This document shows positions 34,268 to 47,476 of a stretch of 64,000 nucleotides of DNA, piece by piece. Both the position numbers and the translations under genes were made by a program. The notes under the pieces were generated by a model. The model searched no databases. It was not told where the DNA came from and saw only the letters and a list, made by a program, of their open reading frames with translations. Positions within the stretch are counted from its first letter, which is position 1, and every line of letters starts with the position of its first letter. Origin of the DNA: Nemertoderma westbladi (taxonomy: Eukaryota > Animalia > Xenacoelomorpha). The stretch is from assembly GCA_032718475.1 (NCBI GenBank), contig JAUCBJ010007832.1, forward strand, positions 1 through 64,000, written 5' to 3'.

Positions 34268-34515
34268 CTTTTAGGCTCGATTAAGCCAAGGAATGCCTGT
34301 TCACCACCATGGGTGATCTTCCACAGTAAACCCTTCCACTCTGTTTCCCAAGTTGCCTTGGTTCCCATTTATCGACCACTGAAGGATGAAAGCCGGGGTT
34401 GGGCTAGGCTGCAGCATTTAAAGCACTGTGCCCAAACAGTGCTGCCCCATCTAGGGATCGAACCCGGGCTCCCTAATCGGAAGCACAGTAATGTCACCAC
34501 TAGACCAAGCTGCTC
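34268..34515 (-). mobile_element. tRNA-derived SINE
   Basis: Minus-strand head gagcagcTTGGTCTAGTGG (A box) ... GGTTCGATCC (B box). The central ctttcatccttcagtggtcgataaatggg resembles conserved cores of metazoan SINE superfamilies. Confidence 0.8.
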
Positions 34516-34721
34516 AACCAAGCTGATTATATTTTAATAAAGCTCTAATACAAAAACTACAAATGCTATCAACATGGGCGTTACTCCAACTCATTATGTG
34601 ATAATTTTGCTATCCTCCTAGGTCACTGGGAAGTTTTCGGATCACCATGGGAACAGGATAAACAACCGAGTCATTTATCGAGTTTTAAATAATCACAGGA
34701 AAGTAAGACTTTGTGAATAAT

Positions 34722-36765
34722 AAACTTAGTCTTCAGGAGCCTGGAGAGATCTGATTTCCAGATGGTATCCATTTTTGATAGAGCTACCCAAGCCTTTGCT
34801 TTCCTAACGTCCTAATGTCCTTTTTGCTTCTCTCTATCCATGATCCAAAGTCATCGACCTTCCTTAGTTGATTATTATCAATGGTTGTCAAGTTTCCATC
34901 AACATTAAAGGTCATGAATTCAGTCTTGGTAGCATTTATATGCAATCCAACCTCCTTAGAAGCCCTGCCACTTTATTTAGTAGAAGCTGTGCATCTGCTA
35001 GCGTATTAGTGAGCAGGGCGATGTCATCCGCAAAGTCGGTGTCTGTGACTGTAGTTCCCAGATCCCAGATCTTCACCCGTTGTGGCTGTTCTCATTGGGT
35101 AATCCAGCACGATTACAAATAGTAATGGTGCTAATGTGTCAACTTGCAGTACACCAGCCAGGATTGAGTACCTGCGCTTCTATGTCACAATATAACAATC
35201 CAATGCCAGCAAAAATTACTTCAGGTATTCCATAAGCTCTTAGGATTTCAAGCATTTTACCTCTATGGATGGAGTCGAATGCCTTTTTGAAGTCCACAAA
35301 ACTCATGACTGCGGCGAGATTCTTTGACTTAATTCCTTCAATTAGTCTCCGGAGTGCAAGTATCTGAGCTATTGTTGATCTACTTGGTTGAAATCCGTTT
35401 TGACTCTTATGCAGTAGTTTCTCTATGTGAGGCCTAATCCTATATAGAATCATTTGATTGTATATTTTGGCAGCTACCACAAGCAGACAGATCCCACGAT
35501 AGTTTGTTGGTATGCCGAGGTCTCCTTTCTTGGGGAGAGGCTTTAGTTGACCTTTAGTCCAAATTGGTGGTGGCTTTTCCCCGTTTAAAATCCGGTTGCA
35601 AACATTCAATAATGGTCTGTTTAGCACTCCTGTTTTCCATACCTCCGCTGGGATTTCATCTAATCCACTCGCTATATTATTGGACATGCTTTTAATGCTT
35701 CTCTGGAGTTCGGCAAGTGTGATTCCCCTGTTTCTATAGGTAGTGTCTTGTCATATATTTTCCTTGTAGGGCTGACCTAGATGTTTGGTGGCTGCCCCAG
35801 CAAGTTGCTGAAGTGATTTTTCCACTTCCCCACACGTTCTTCGGGACTATCGGCTTTGAGGCGCCCCTTTGCACAACTTTTCCGACCAGATACCTCATTT
35901 ACAGTTTGCCAGGTAAGTCTTGATTGTTGCTGTATGTGAGCAGTTGTAATTGCTTCAGTTTTATCCTGTATGTACTTTTCCTGGCTGATGTTGTAGGCCA
36001 ATTTAAGATCGTCCTTAGCTTTCTCAACCTTGTTAATGTTTTCGGTTGTTGGTTGTTCGGTTTTAACTTTGTAGGCTATATTAAGATCTTCTATCTTACA
36101 AGTAACCTCAGAGTTTTGCCATGGCACATACTGTTTTCGTTTGGGTTTCTGGGGGATATGCCTCTTAGCTGATTCCTTGTGGGCTGTTATTATAATATTC
36201 TGGTATATTGAATCAGTGGACTGGTCTTCATCCATTGACTGAAGTGCTTCAAAGCGGTTTTGAACTTCTACTGTGTAAGCATCCTTTACTGCATTGTCAG
36301 TTCTGAGTTTCTCCCAGTCATAGTTGATTTGCTTGCTTTGCCTGGGTTTGCTGGCTCTCAAACTGAGTCTGTTCTCTGCAGTCACAATTCTGTGGTCCGA
36401 ACCAATTAGGTTGAACGAGCTGTATGCCTCGCAGTTGATCATGCTGTTTCTCCACTTTTTGTTTATGAGGATGTAATCCAGTTGAGCTTTGGTTCCATTA
36501 GGGTATTGAAAGGTCCATAGCTTCCCCTTCCCTTACTCTTTTCGAATGTGGTGTTTGTTGGTATCAATTCACATTCTTCCATTAGGTCTAAAAGTAAGTA
36601 CCCATTTCTGTTAGAATTGGTGTTATAGGTGTAACCCTTGATGTCTTCTGGGCCAATTTGCACATTCAGGTCACCAGCATTGACTTTAACATTGTGTTTC
36701 GGAATGTCCTTTATAAGTCCAGTTAGATCTTCATAAAACTTGACTGCTTGTTCCGGCTCTGAGGT
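34722..36765 (-). mobile_element. Degraded RTE-type LINE family B (endonuclease and RT fragments)
   Basis: ORFs 35777..36442 (GSDHRIV) and 35139..35687 (SGLDEIPAE, PLPKKGDL..NYRGI, QNGF, FVDFKKAFDS); FADD near 35030. Confidence 0.88.
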
Positions 36766-37811
36766 ATACTTTATAATTATATAGTTTATATAGTTTAGTA
36801 TACTACAGTATACTAAATATGTTATGTCAGTGTTTCACTGTCATTCCCGTAATTTATAGTCTTTTTCTAGTCTTTTCAAGGAAACTTATGAAAAATAAGG
36901 CTGGGGTTCTGGGGTTGATTAGGTACAGTTAGCCTAGGCTGAGTGTGAGTCGGTCATTGTGGAAAGGTACCAAGTGCGAACGGGTGGTAATCCTACCTGG
37001 AACTTTAGGCATTCAATGGGACCTCGTTGAATGAAAAATGGTTACCTTAGAAGTTATAAATTACCTTAAAAGTTGTAAAAATACATTTTCATGCTCGTAA
37101 ATAATGAAAGGGTGTTTTTTTCATTTAGAAAGCCGTTTAAGTTCTATATTCATTATACCTTTCGAAGAGTCCGTTATTGGTTACGATAACAATTATGACA
37201 ATAACATTACCAATAATCTGCCTGCAGAATACATTGTTACTAAAGTAGAAAAGTTAATTGAGAGTTTTGATCATAATTTGAATCAAAATTTTCCCTCCAG
37301 TTCCTTTAACAAGAAAAATATAAGCATTTTAATTGTATTTAAACAACAAAAACTTTAAACGCATTTATCTCAAAATAACAATTTTTTTCGTTGGCCCTTT
37401 TTACTACGGTGACCATCACCACTGATGTAGAGTACTCCATCCCAATAAATGGCTTAAGTTTACCAAAGCTGTATTAAATATGGTCGCGGTCGTAGGCCGG
37501 CCTAATTAGTTACATACTGTATTTCAATGATATTTAAGATTGCATGATCTACTGTACGTAAAAATAAAGTAGAAAACAGGCAATACAGCAGTAATGCATG
37601 GCTTACTTTTCACTTTCGCAATTTATCAACCATTGGGCAAAATATTTTGAAATTATATTGGTTTCCTAAACAACATTTAGATTTTATAAATTTTTTCTGA
37701 CAGTTAGAAACTTTTCACAGTGAACAATTTGAAAAAAAAAAACCCTGTGTACATATAATTCACCAAAATTTAATGAACAGGAAAGGTGTAATCGTGTTAC
37801 ATTAAGGAATT

Positions 37812-38915
37812 GATTGTCAGCCAGTCGGACGGTGCCATATGTCTGGTGGTTGGTCGGGGATCCTAATTGTCAGCCAGTCGGGCCGTGCAATATGTCTGGT
37901 GGTTGGTCGGGGATCCTAATTGTCAGCCAGTCGGGCGGTGAAATATGTCTGGTGGTTGGTCGGGGATCCTAATTGTCAGCCAGTCGGGCGGTGCAATATG
38001 TCTGGTGGTTGGTCGGGGATCCTAATTGTCAGCCAGTCGGGCCGTGCAATATGTCTGGTGGTTGGTCGGGGATCCTAATTGTCAGCCAGTCGGGCCGTGC
38101 AATATGTCTGGTGGTTGGTAGGGGATCCTAATTGTCAGCCAGTCGGGCGGTGCAATATGTCTGGTGGTTGGTCGGGGATCCTAATTGTCAGCCAGTCGGG
38201 CCTTGCAATATGTCTGGTGGTTGGTCCGGGGATCCTAATTGTCAGCCAGTCGGGCCGTGCAATATATCTGGTGGTTGGTAGGGGATCCTAATTGTCAGCC
38301 AGTCGGGCGGTGAAATATGTCTGGTGGTTGGTCGGGGATCCTAATTGTCAGCCAGTCGGGCCGTGCAATATGTCTGTTGGTTGGTCGGGGATCCTAATTG
38401 TCAGCCAGTCGGGCCGTGCAATATGTCTGGTGGTTGGTCGGGGATCCTAATTGTCAGCCAGTCGGGCGGTGAAATATGTCTGGTGGTTGGTCGGGGATCC
38501 TAATTGTCAGCCAGTCGGGCCTTGCAATATGTCTGGTGGTTGGTCGGGGATCCTAATTGTCAGCCAGTCGGGCGGTGAAATATGTCTGGTGGTTGGTCGG
38601 GGATCCTAATTGTCAGCCAGTCGGGCGGTGCAATATGTCTGGTGGTTGGTCGGGGATCCTAATTGTCAGCCAGTCGGGCCGTGCAATATGTCTGGTGGTT
38701 GGTCGGGGATCCTAATTGTCAGCCAGTCGGGCGGTGAAATATGTCTGGTGGTTGGTCGGGGATCCTAATTGTCAGCCAGTCGGGCGGTGCAATATGTCTG
38801 GTGGTTGGTCGGGGATCCTAATTGTCAGCCAGTCGGGCCGTGCAATATGTCTGGTGGTTGGTCCGGGGATCCTAATTGTCAGCCAGTCGGGCCGTGCAAT
38901 ATGTCTGGTGGTTGG
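37812..38915. repeat. 53-bp GC-rich minisatellite, ~21 copies
   Basis: Unit aattgtcagccagtcgggccgtgcaatatgtctggtggttggtcggggatcct, head-to-tail with no spacers. Confidence 0.97.
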
Positions 38916-39471
38916 ACAAAACAGCATTCTGAGTCTGTACTGTGCTTCTCTGTTGGTAGATATATCTAAGTGTTTGAGTTTGATAAAGGCCTGTTGGCTG
39001 AAATATTACTCAGTAAACCACCATTTTTCTGTCACCTTAATTGGTCTCTGAATCTAAACCTAGTATATTATGCTTAACGCGGTGACAAGGGCACGTTCTC
39101 ACTTACTAAACAATTAAAGGGTTTAGTTTGTGTGATATGGTAAACTTAAATCTAATCACCCATCCAATGCCTCACACAACAGGAAGTATGGGTAGAATGT
39201 ACTTATTGAATGAACCACACCCTATTTCAAAAACAATTTATGTGACAGAGGTACTAAATATAATGACAAGTTTATCGATTGTGGTGCTAATGAGGCCCTT
39301 ATCTGTCGGTCGTCAACAAGGGAAATAATTCATTTGAAAATAATCAAAAAACGCTTCCGCCTCCGCCTCCGCCTCCAGCAACTTTGTAAAATATTTTTTT
39401 GAAGCACTGGAATCGAATATTTACTCATTTACACCATGTCCCAGAATATAGTGTCGTAATCCAATGATACG

Positions 39472-39472
<1 letters not shown>

Positions 39473-39507
<35 letters not shown>

Positions 39508-39531
39508 ACCCACCCCCCCCCCCCCCTCCCC
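39473..39531. repeat. Poly-C tract (~59 nt)
   Basis: Seen directly; length may be unreliable in the assembly. Confidence 0.9.
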
Positions 39532-40024
39532 AAACTTTTCTACAAATCTTAATGAGATTTTATGAAATTCGAAACAGAGATAGTTTCACCTCCCGACCAC
39601 TGACTGGGTGAGCCGGAATTTAAATTTTTGTTTTCAATCTTTAGTTACAAGCGTTTAAAAAAAGTGTCTCCGGCGATAGTGCACCAGTCCCACTTTGTTA
39701 TTCAACTCTTATAGTGATTTGTTGGTACTGATAGAAAGCTGGCTTTGGAAGGATTCCAAATAAGTCAACAAATTTGAATTTAGTTGAGAAATAGCTAATT
39801 TAAGATAATGAGCGTTCAAAAATTGCACGGTTTTGATAAGCGCGGCTATTTTACTCTATTATTATTATATTTTACTCTACGAAATTGTCCGAAAGATCTC
39901 TAGAAAATTTCCTTACATTTCCTGACTCACATCCCTAATCTTCATACATTATATACACAACATTATTTTGAATAGTAAATGCTTTGATATTATTTAATTG
40001 CATATTATTTAAAAAATACTCAGT

Positions 40025-40994
40025 TTATTTATCATTTAACAAAGTAATCTGATGAAGAATGTTTCGAGCCAGGTTGTTGTCAACAAACATTACCTCGGCA
40101 TTCTCGCCAATTGAGATAACTGGAGGATCCTCTAGTATAGGCCTACATCCGTTATCTTCATCTCCAACTCCTGAAGTCTCAACAGCTGAAGCATCCAACG
40201 TAAACATTTGAGGATCTGGAACCACAAGATTCAATCGTCTCATCTCTTCTTTGGCCTTTAACGTCTTAAGGCAAATTAAATACCGGTTTTCTTTTATCAT
40301 TAACAACTGCTGTTGAACCAATTGAAGATCTAGAGCGGTCTCCGTTGATTTGACCCCGGCGGAACAAATGCGTTTGGCCGCAATAGATTCGGATGTGTGA
40401 TCTATGATCGATCTACCAGGATCGGTTCCTGTACTAACTGGAGCTGGAGGTATCGGAATATTTTCTTTTTCGCGAATATCATTACCAGTAGTGTTAGATC
40501 CACCACACTCCGCCCCAGATCCTATACCAAAAATTACATCGCCACTTGAACCGTGAATTATTTCGAACATCTTCATGACATAAACGGGGGGTTGCGGAAC
40601 CGGTGGTCCACCTCCGGTTCGATGGTATTTTAGTGCATTAGCGTAAGTGCGAACAACTTGTTTTGTGTTTTCTATCTTTTTTATTAGTTCGTCTTTCGAT
40701 CGAGGAGCCTCCACCCCCGAAGCGTTAAAACGATTTAGCATGGCCTGCCATGCACGCACGCTCCTTCGTTTCCGGAGTTATGTTTTTCGTTTTATTAAAA
40801 GAACCACTAACGAGGCCATGGTACTTCTCGTACACTGTCACGAGCTGACAGGCGTCATTCACTGTCCAATTTTTCGACCTTTTTCGGCTCTTCTGCTTTG
40901 ACTCAGCAATATTAGGCCTAATAGTACAACCGGTGTCCGTATCGTTAAAATAAATATTTCTGTCTGCATCCATCTCCATTTCAACAGGCAGCAA
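40025..40994 (-). pseudogene. Myb/SANT-like DNA-binding protein of PIF/Harbinger ORF1 type, frameshifted by a 4-bp duplication
   Basis: KRSKNWTVND..QLV..YEKY...K(E/R)RAWQAMLNRFNA...RSKDELIKKIEN.K...TGGGP. The duplication gcgtgcgt at ~40754-40761 separates ORFs 40725..40994 and 40025..40759. A Harbinger-like end (ggcccggtttctcaaa on the minus strand) lies at ~41285-41300. Confidence 0.75.
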
Positions 40995-42573
40995 GAATAT
41001 ACAAGTTCAACGTGATAGTGCTGAACTGGGTAGAGGATATACCGTAATACTTTTCCTGTAGGCCTACTGCTGTAGAATCTTGATTGAACTGTTAGCTACC
41101 GGTAACTACTGAACTAAACTTTCAGTTTTGGATAAATTCCACCTTAAATTATTAAAGTGGCCACTTAGTTAAGTGCTCATTATCTTTTTATGAGAAATAA
41201 CACTTAACTTAAACTAAGTGGTCATTTAACAAAATGGGCATTTAAAATTATTAAGTGGCCATTTTAGGATAAGTGGGCACTTAGTTTGAGAAACCGGGCC
41301 TATATCACTTTTCTTTAGGAATACAGTTGTTGCATAACATAGCGCAATAGGAGTGATACATTGTAGTGATATTAATATGAATCCGTCAAGACAAGTTTAT
41401 TGAACCCAATTTCATTGATGTAAATAAAATAAGTTATACAGTATTTATCTTCAAGACGGCGTGAAATACTCCGTGAAATCGAGTAAACTCATTGATGGGC
41501 TGTGTTAAAAGATGTCACCCTGAGGATGGTCTACTGTTAAAAGCACCCCAGGGTGGTCTTTCCTTTTGATATGTTTGTATTTTCAAATGAAACAAATTTA
41601 ATCAAGTTATAACACATCAAGCTAATCGTTCTAATTTATAAGCCAAACAGAAATAACCAAAACAATAAATCTAACTTAGCTTCCTAAGCTACTTAATATG
41701 AGTGCGGGTGACGTAGCACTCGGCGTTCACTTTCCACAGAGAAATACAAGCTGTTTGCCGGGCGGAACAATGTCGAAATTGAGAATATTTTAATATGCAA
41801 AAGGTGGGGTATTAATTTCCCTAATGTCGAAACTTTAACCTTGCGCTGATTTAACCCAGCGATATCACTACTGCGCTACCCTAACTACCGGTACTGCTGT
41901 AAACCTGCTGACCCGCTACTTTCAAATAACCGCCTAGCGTCGAATATCCTAAATAGAATAAATATAAATATTGCCAATAATAAGAAATAATCAAGAGTCA
42001 GTTCAAGCAGTAGTCATATTCAAAAGTCATAAATCAAGCAACAGTAACCGCGATATCCAGGGCTGGATTTTCGACCAACCAGTGAGCGGAACTTAATTTG
42101 GCGATTATTAAAGAACATAATCGCCTCAACTTAATTTGGCGATTATTAAAAGCACAATTTAGGCGTTATTTTAGCACAATTTAGGCGTTATTTTAGCACA
42201 AACATTGATTTATAGAGAAATGTAAATTAAATTAGCACAAATATTAATAGATGTTACGAAACGTCAAATTAATTTTTTGTTTTATAGAAGTTTGTCACCG
42301 CAAATTAATATACTAAGGTTTTATTATAAAAATTACATAAGTAGGACTACATACTGTATAAATCGGTTGAATATAATTGAACTTGTGTATTTTATTTTCC
42401 CTATCTAATTACGGTTGTACACCAATACAACTTATCTAATTATTATACTGTATGATGGGTTGTTTTAGTACACAACGCCATATATCGTAACAGGCTGTGG
42501 TTGCGATTAATCATATATTATTAATTTTATTTTAATTAAAAAAAATTATATATATATAAATTTTAATTTTATT

Positions 42574-43954
42574 TATTGTTGCTTGTTGTTGCTCATTGTT
42601 GCTCGTTGTTGCTCATTGTTGCTCATTGTTGCTCATTTTTGCTCGTTGTTGCTCAAGGTTGTTGTTCGTTGTTGCTCATTGTTGCTCGTTGTTGATCGTT
42701 GTTGCTCATTGCTGTACGTTGATGATCGTTGTTGCTCATTGTTGCTCATTGTTGCTCATTGTTGCTCGTTGTTGCTCATTGTTGCTTGTTGTTGTTCATT
42801 GTTGCTCGTTGTTGTTCATTGTTGCTCGTTCTTGCTCATCGTTGCACGTTGTTGATCGTTGTTGCTCATTGTTGCTCGTTGTTGCTCATTGTTGCTCGTT
42901 GTTGCTCATTGTTGCTAGTTGTTGCAAATTGTTGTTCATTGTTGCTCGTTGTGTCTCATTGTTTGTCGTTGTTGCTCATTTTGCTAATTGTTGATCGTTG
43001 TTGCTTATTGTGGCTCATTGTTGTTCGTTGTGTCTCATTGTTTGTTGTTGTTGCTCATTTTGATAATTATTGATCGTTATTGCTCATTGTCGCCATTGTT
43101 GGTCGTTGTTGCTCATTGTTGCTTCTTGTTGCTCGTTGTTGTTCATTGTTGCTCGTTGTTGCTCATTGATGCACGTTGTTGATCGTTGTTGCTCATTGTT
43201 GCTCGTTGTTGCTCATTGTTGCTTGTTGTTGCTCATTGTTGCTCGTTGTTGCTCATTGTTGCTTGTTGTTGCTCGTTGTTGCTCGTTGTTGTTCATTGTT
43301 GCTCGTTCTGGCTCATTGTTGCTCATTGTTGCTCATTGTTGCTCGTTGTTGCTCAAGGTTGTTGTTCGTTGTTGCTCGTTGTTGATCGTTGTTGCTCATT
43401 GTTGCTCATTGTTGCTTGTTGTTGCTCATTGTTGCTCGTTGTAGCGCATTGTTGCTCGTTGTTGCACATTGTTGTTCATTGTTGCTCATTGTTGCTCGTT
43501 GTTGCTCGTTGTTGATCGTTGTTGCTCATTGTTGCACGTTGTTGCACGTTGTTGATCGTTGTTGCTCATTGTTGCTCGTTGTTGCTCATTGTTGCTTGTT
43601 GTTGCTCATTGTTGCTCGTTGTTGCTCACTGTTGCTTGTTGTTGCTCGTTGTTGCTCGTTGTTGTTCATTGTTGCTCGTTCTTGCTCATTGTTGCTCATT
43701 GTTGCTAATTTTTGCTCGTTGTTGCTCAAGGTTGTTGTTCGTTGTTGCTCATTGTTGCTCGTTGTTGATCGTTGTTGATCGTTGTTGCTCATTGCTGTAC
43801 GTTCTTAATCGTTGTTGCTCATTGTTGCTCATTTTTGCTCGTTGTTGCTCGTTGTTGCTCGTTGTTGTTCATTGTTTCTCGTTCTTGCTCATTGTTGCTC
43901 ATTGCTGCTCATTTTTGCTCGTTGTTGCTCAAAGTTGTTGTTCATTGTTGCTCG
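42574..43954. repeat. Degenerate 10-bp satellite (TTGTTGCTCR)n, left part
   Basis: Seen directly; continues at 56059-56927 after LTR element 2. Confidence 0.97.
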
Positions 43955-45213
43955 TGTAAAAGCTTCTGTGGGATATAACTGGCCCTTTTGCTTCGCAATC
44001 CAGTTTCCCCCCAGGCGCTGGAATACTCTAAAAAAGGTTCTCTAATTGTATATATATTCCCCTCGCCCGCAAGGTACCGTTACAGGTGTTTTAACGGACA
44101 TAAAAGTCATTCTGCTATATACGTGTTTTAGCGGACATGGTAAGGCAAAAACCTGCAATGCACCAAATACCTTTCACAGCTTAGCCGTGATGATTCATAT
44201 TACGACATCTAACAGCTGGTTGCTGACATGGAAACAGCCATTGGACGCAGGGTTCTTTGTTGGCTTGAGCCAATCAGAGCGATTTTTCCTGTCGACGTGT
44301 AGCTTTTCGGCCGATCATAAGGAGAGTGTTCAGTCTTACTGTTTTTTCTTGTTACTTTATTGTTGTTGCTATCTAGGCCAGTAACAACGGCTCTAGAGTC
44401 AATTCATTTCATACTTTAGAAGAAACATTAGTAGGCTCAAGATTATAGAGCGTATAACTGTTATCGGTTCATAACAACTCACATATCGGTCCATATCAGT
44501 ACATTGTCATATCATATCTTAACCTACCGTCTTAATAGTTTGCTGTTGTTTGGTTGAATATTATTTGGAGAACATTTATAAAGAACCCAAATTTCCCAAT
44601 TTTCTTGATACACTACAGGTTAGAGAGACGGGTTATATATAGCGATTGCGACTTATATTATTGTGGTTTGTAGTGAATTTAATGCTATTTGATAAGCACT
44701 ACATGAATCCGTTGCTGTTCTCTTTATATATGATAAAATTCATTGACGGTCGGCAAATTAGTGAGCAGTATTGTGTGTTACCGGTAGTGTGCATGATTGT
44801 GACTGATAACTAAGCATTTCCTAAAGAATGCGCCTCATACGTGAATCATAAGCCTTACCGACTTACCGTTGTGATTAGTATAAGTCATATCTCGGTTTAC
44901 TTAGATAGAGCGCCACGTCCTAAAGGAACTGTTAATATTTCCCGAAAGTAAATAATATTAGTCAGAAATTAATTATTAACGATCAATCGAATAATACAGT
45001 ACAGTAAGCTTACACTGCAATAATAATCTAAGCCCTCAGAATCCAGTCTCCCGGGAATATCCAGTGGGTGAATGGACGCGCACTAGGCTGGCTTCTGCTA
45101 ATGTTGTGTTTATTGGTATTAAATATTTGTCATCTTCTAAAGTATATTTATAAACCAAAAGACATATAAATTTTGGCAGGTTAAACTGCTAAAGGTCTTC
45201 AAAAGCGCGTACA
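43955..45213 (+). repeat. 5' LTR of element 2
   Basis: tgtaaaagc...gcgcgtaca; direct repeat of 54800-56058. Confidence 0.97.
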
Positions 45214-47476
45214 ATAACAGTTATTGACTTTATTGCAGTAAGCAATAAAGTTGAAAGTACCGGTCAACCGGTAAACCTGAACCGGTACTTCTGTAGGTCA
45301 GTAGGCCCAACTGCCAGAACCGGTACTGCTGTAGGTCCGTAGGTCCAACTGCCAGAACCGGTACTTCTGTAGGTCCGTAGGCCCAACTGTCCTAACCGGT
45401 ACTTCCAGTATAAGTACATTAGTATTATTCGATTTTGATTATTGTATACCGGTAGGTCTTAGTATTTAATCAGGGACGGCCGCCCTGGTTTTTATTGAGA
45501 TTTTACTTATTTCTGTCGGTTTTATTTACATGTAAGTTAATATTGAGCTGAAGACGTGTAAGTCTGCTCAGATTGTTCAGATAATTGTAGGCCGGACTGT
45601 TGTCAGATTGTTGTTGGGTTTGGAGAGATTACGGCGTGTGTGGAGTTTGTCCGATAGAGTGCCAGTTAGTAAGTTGGGGCAGCCATTGCTGTAAGGTCAA
45701 TCCCCTCTTAAAGAATAAGTCGTACTACCGTGTTAGAACGCATACTAACTAACAATTTTGGAATCTGCACATACTGTAGTTTATTTAGGCTTGACAGTAT
45801 TCTGCCAGCGCTTTGGCCTGTGTTTGTTTGTGTGGTCTGTTCAGGTACCGTAATAGTTATTACTCAGATATTTTGTAGGCTGGATTGTTGTCTAGCTATT
45901 ATTAGGTCTGAAGAGATTGCTGCTTGTGTAGAGTTTGTCTGATAAAGTGCCAGTTAGTAAGTTGGGGCAGTCATAACTGTAAGGTCAATCCCCTCTTAAA
46001 GAATAAGTCGTACTACCGTGTTAGAATGCATACTAACTAACCGTTTTGGAATCTGCACATACAGTAGTTTATTTAGGCTTGGTGGTAGTCTGCCAGCGTT
46101 TGGTTTGTATTTTGTTTGAGTATTCTGTACGGGTAGCGTAATATTTATTATTCAGAGTTTATGCGATTATTCGCAACATTCATGTCCCCAAGTTTATTCC
46201 TACAGTAATTGTGCTTGTTACACATACCGTTATAGTTAAATTAACCCCGGTACTACACGGGCTGCTTGGCGTAGGACAAGACTGGTGATTTTGTGCACCG
46301 GTCACTCCAGCAGATGCCGTGGTTCTTTTAACTGTTCAAGTATATTTAACTACTGATTATTTGTTGTACCAGTATTGTACCTAATTTAGGGTTTAGTGTA
46401 CAGTGCTTTCCGAAGTAATTAGTGTGTAGGCAGTATATTTGTGTTGTAAAGTGGTTAATAGGCACGCTGGATCTGGTAGTCCGCGGTAATTAACTTCTAG
46501 GTAGGAACACTCCGTGATACATAACGTAGTACCTATAGCGATACGGTTATAGGTCGTCAGGCGGTGGTATTTTCCTATCTGGACAACGCAGTGTATTTAC
46601 TACTACTTATTATTTTCAAATACCGTAGTACCCTGTCCGTTGTAATAACCAGAATTCTAACCCTTTGTTAGACTGGTTTGTAGACTTCCTGTAAAATTAC
46701 CCTAAAAATTCGTACGTAATATTTTGTTGTGTTTAATTAGAGATTTAATCTCACCCGTATCGTAAGTAATTTGTAGTATTAAGTAACTTAGGTAAATTAG
46801 AATTATCTGTTTTAGTGTCCCATAAATAGCACTTCACTGAGAGCGCACAGCTTCTGTGTAGTGACCCCCCAGAAATAATAACATTTATTTCAAATATTGA
46901 CAAAACCCTTTTAAACGGGTATATATATATTATAAATCAACTCAAACGATTTATAAATAGTAGGCCTGCCATACAACAACTAGGTCTCAAAATCAGTTGG
47001 ACTACTGCTTAAATAACGGTAACAAAGTAAGTTAAAGTAACCAAGTAACCCTAAAATATTCAGAAATTCAATTATTCTAAAAATAATTGACATACCGGTA
47101 TTTACCATAGGCTTATTATATTTATTTCTATAAATTTGAGCTGAAATCATACTGGTATTCTGTAATTAATTCTAGTTCATAATTATACTTATATATACTA
47201 TAAGTGTAAGCTGCATACCGGTATTCACGATAGGCCTATTATATATTTATATATATTTGTGCTAAAATTATATACCGGTACTCTGTGACAAATCTAGTCT
47301 GTAATAATACTTATATATATACTATAAGCATACCGGTATTCTAATATATTATATATATATCACGCTACACTGAGTAGCAGTATCGGTAATTAATTGTTAG
47401 GCTAACAGTGATACTGAATTACTAGACTTACTTTAACTGTATTTATAGCCGTAGGCATTCAACTGTGTAAACAAAC

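Noticed and set aside
34440-34515. tRNA gene (also the B-box-like remnant near 24575-24600)
   Set aside because: A and B boxes are present but there is no convincing cloverleaf, and the head is fused to a repeated SINE body.
37812-38915. CRISPR-like array (also considered for 5841-6967)
   Set aside because: Units are head-to-tail with no unique spacers, there are no cas genes, and the DNA is eukaryotic.
39473-39531. Poly-C (and poly-G at 27584-27602) as functional G-quadruplex elements
   Set aside because: Homopolymer runs inside repeat-like DNA with unreliable length and no supporting context.
42583-43978. Many Cys/Leu/Val-rich ORFs here and at 56157-57083
   Set aside because: They are translations of the (TTGTTGCTCR)n satellite in all frames, with no real start or splice context.
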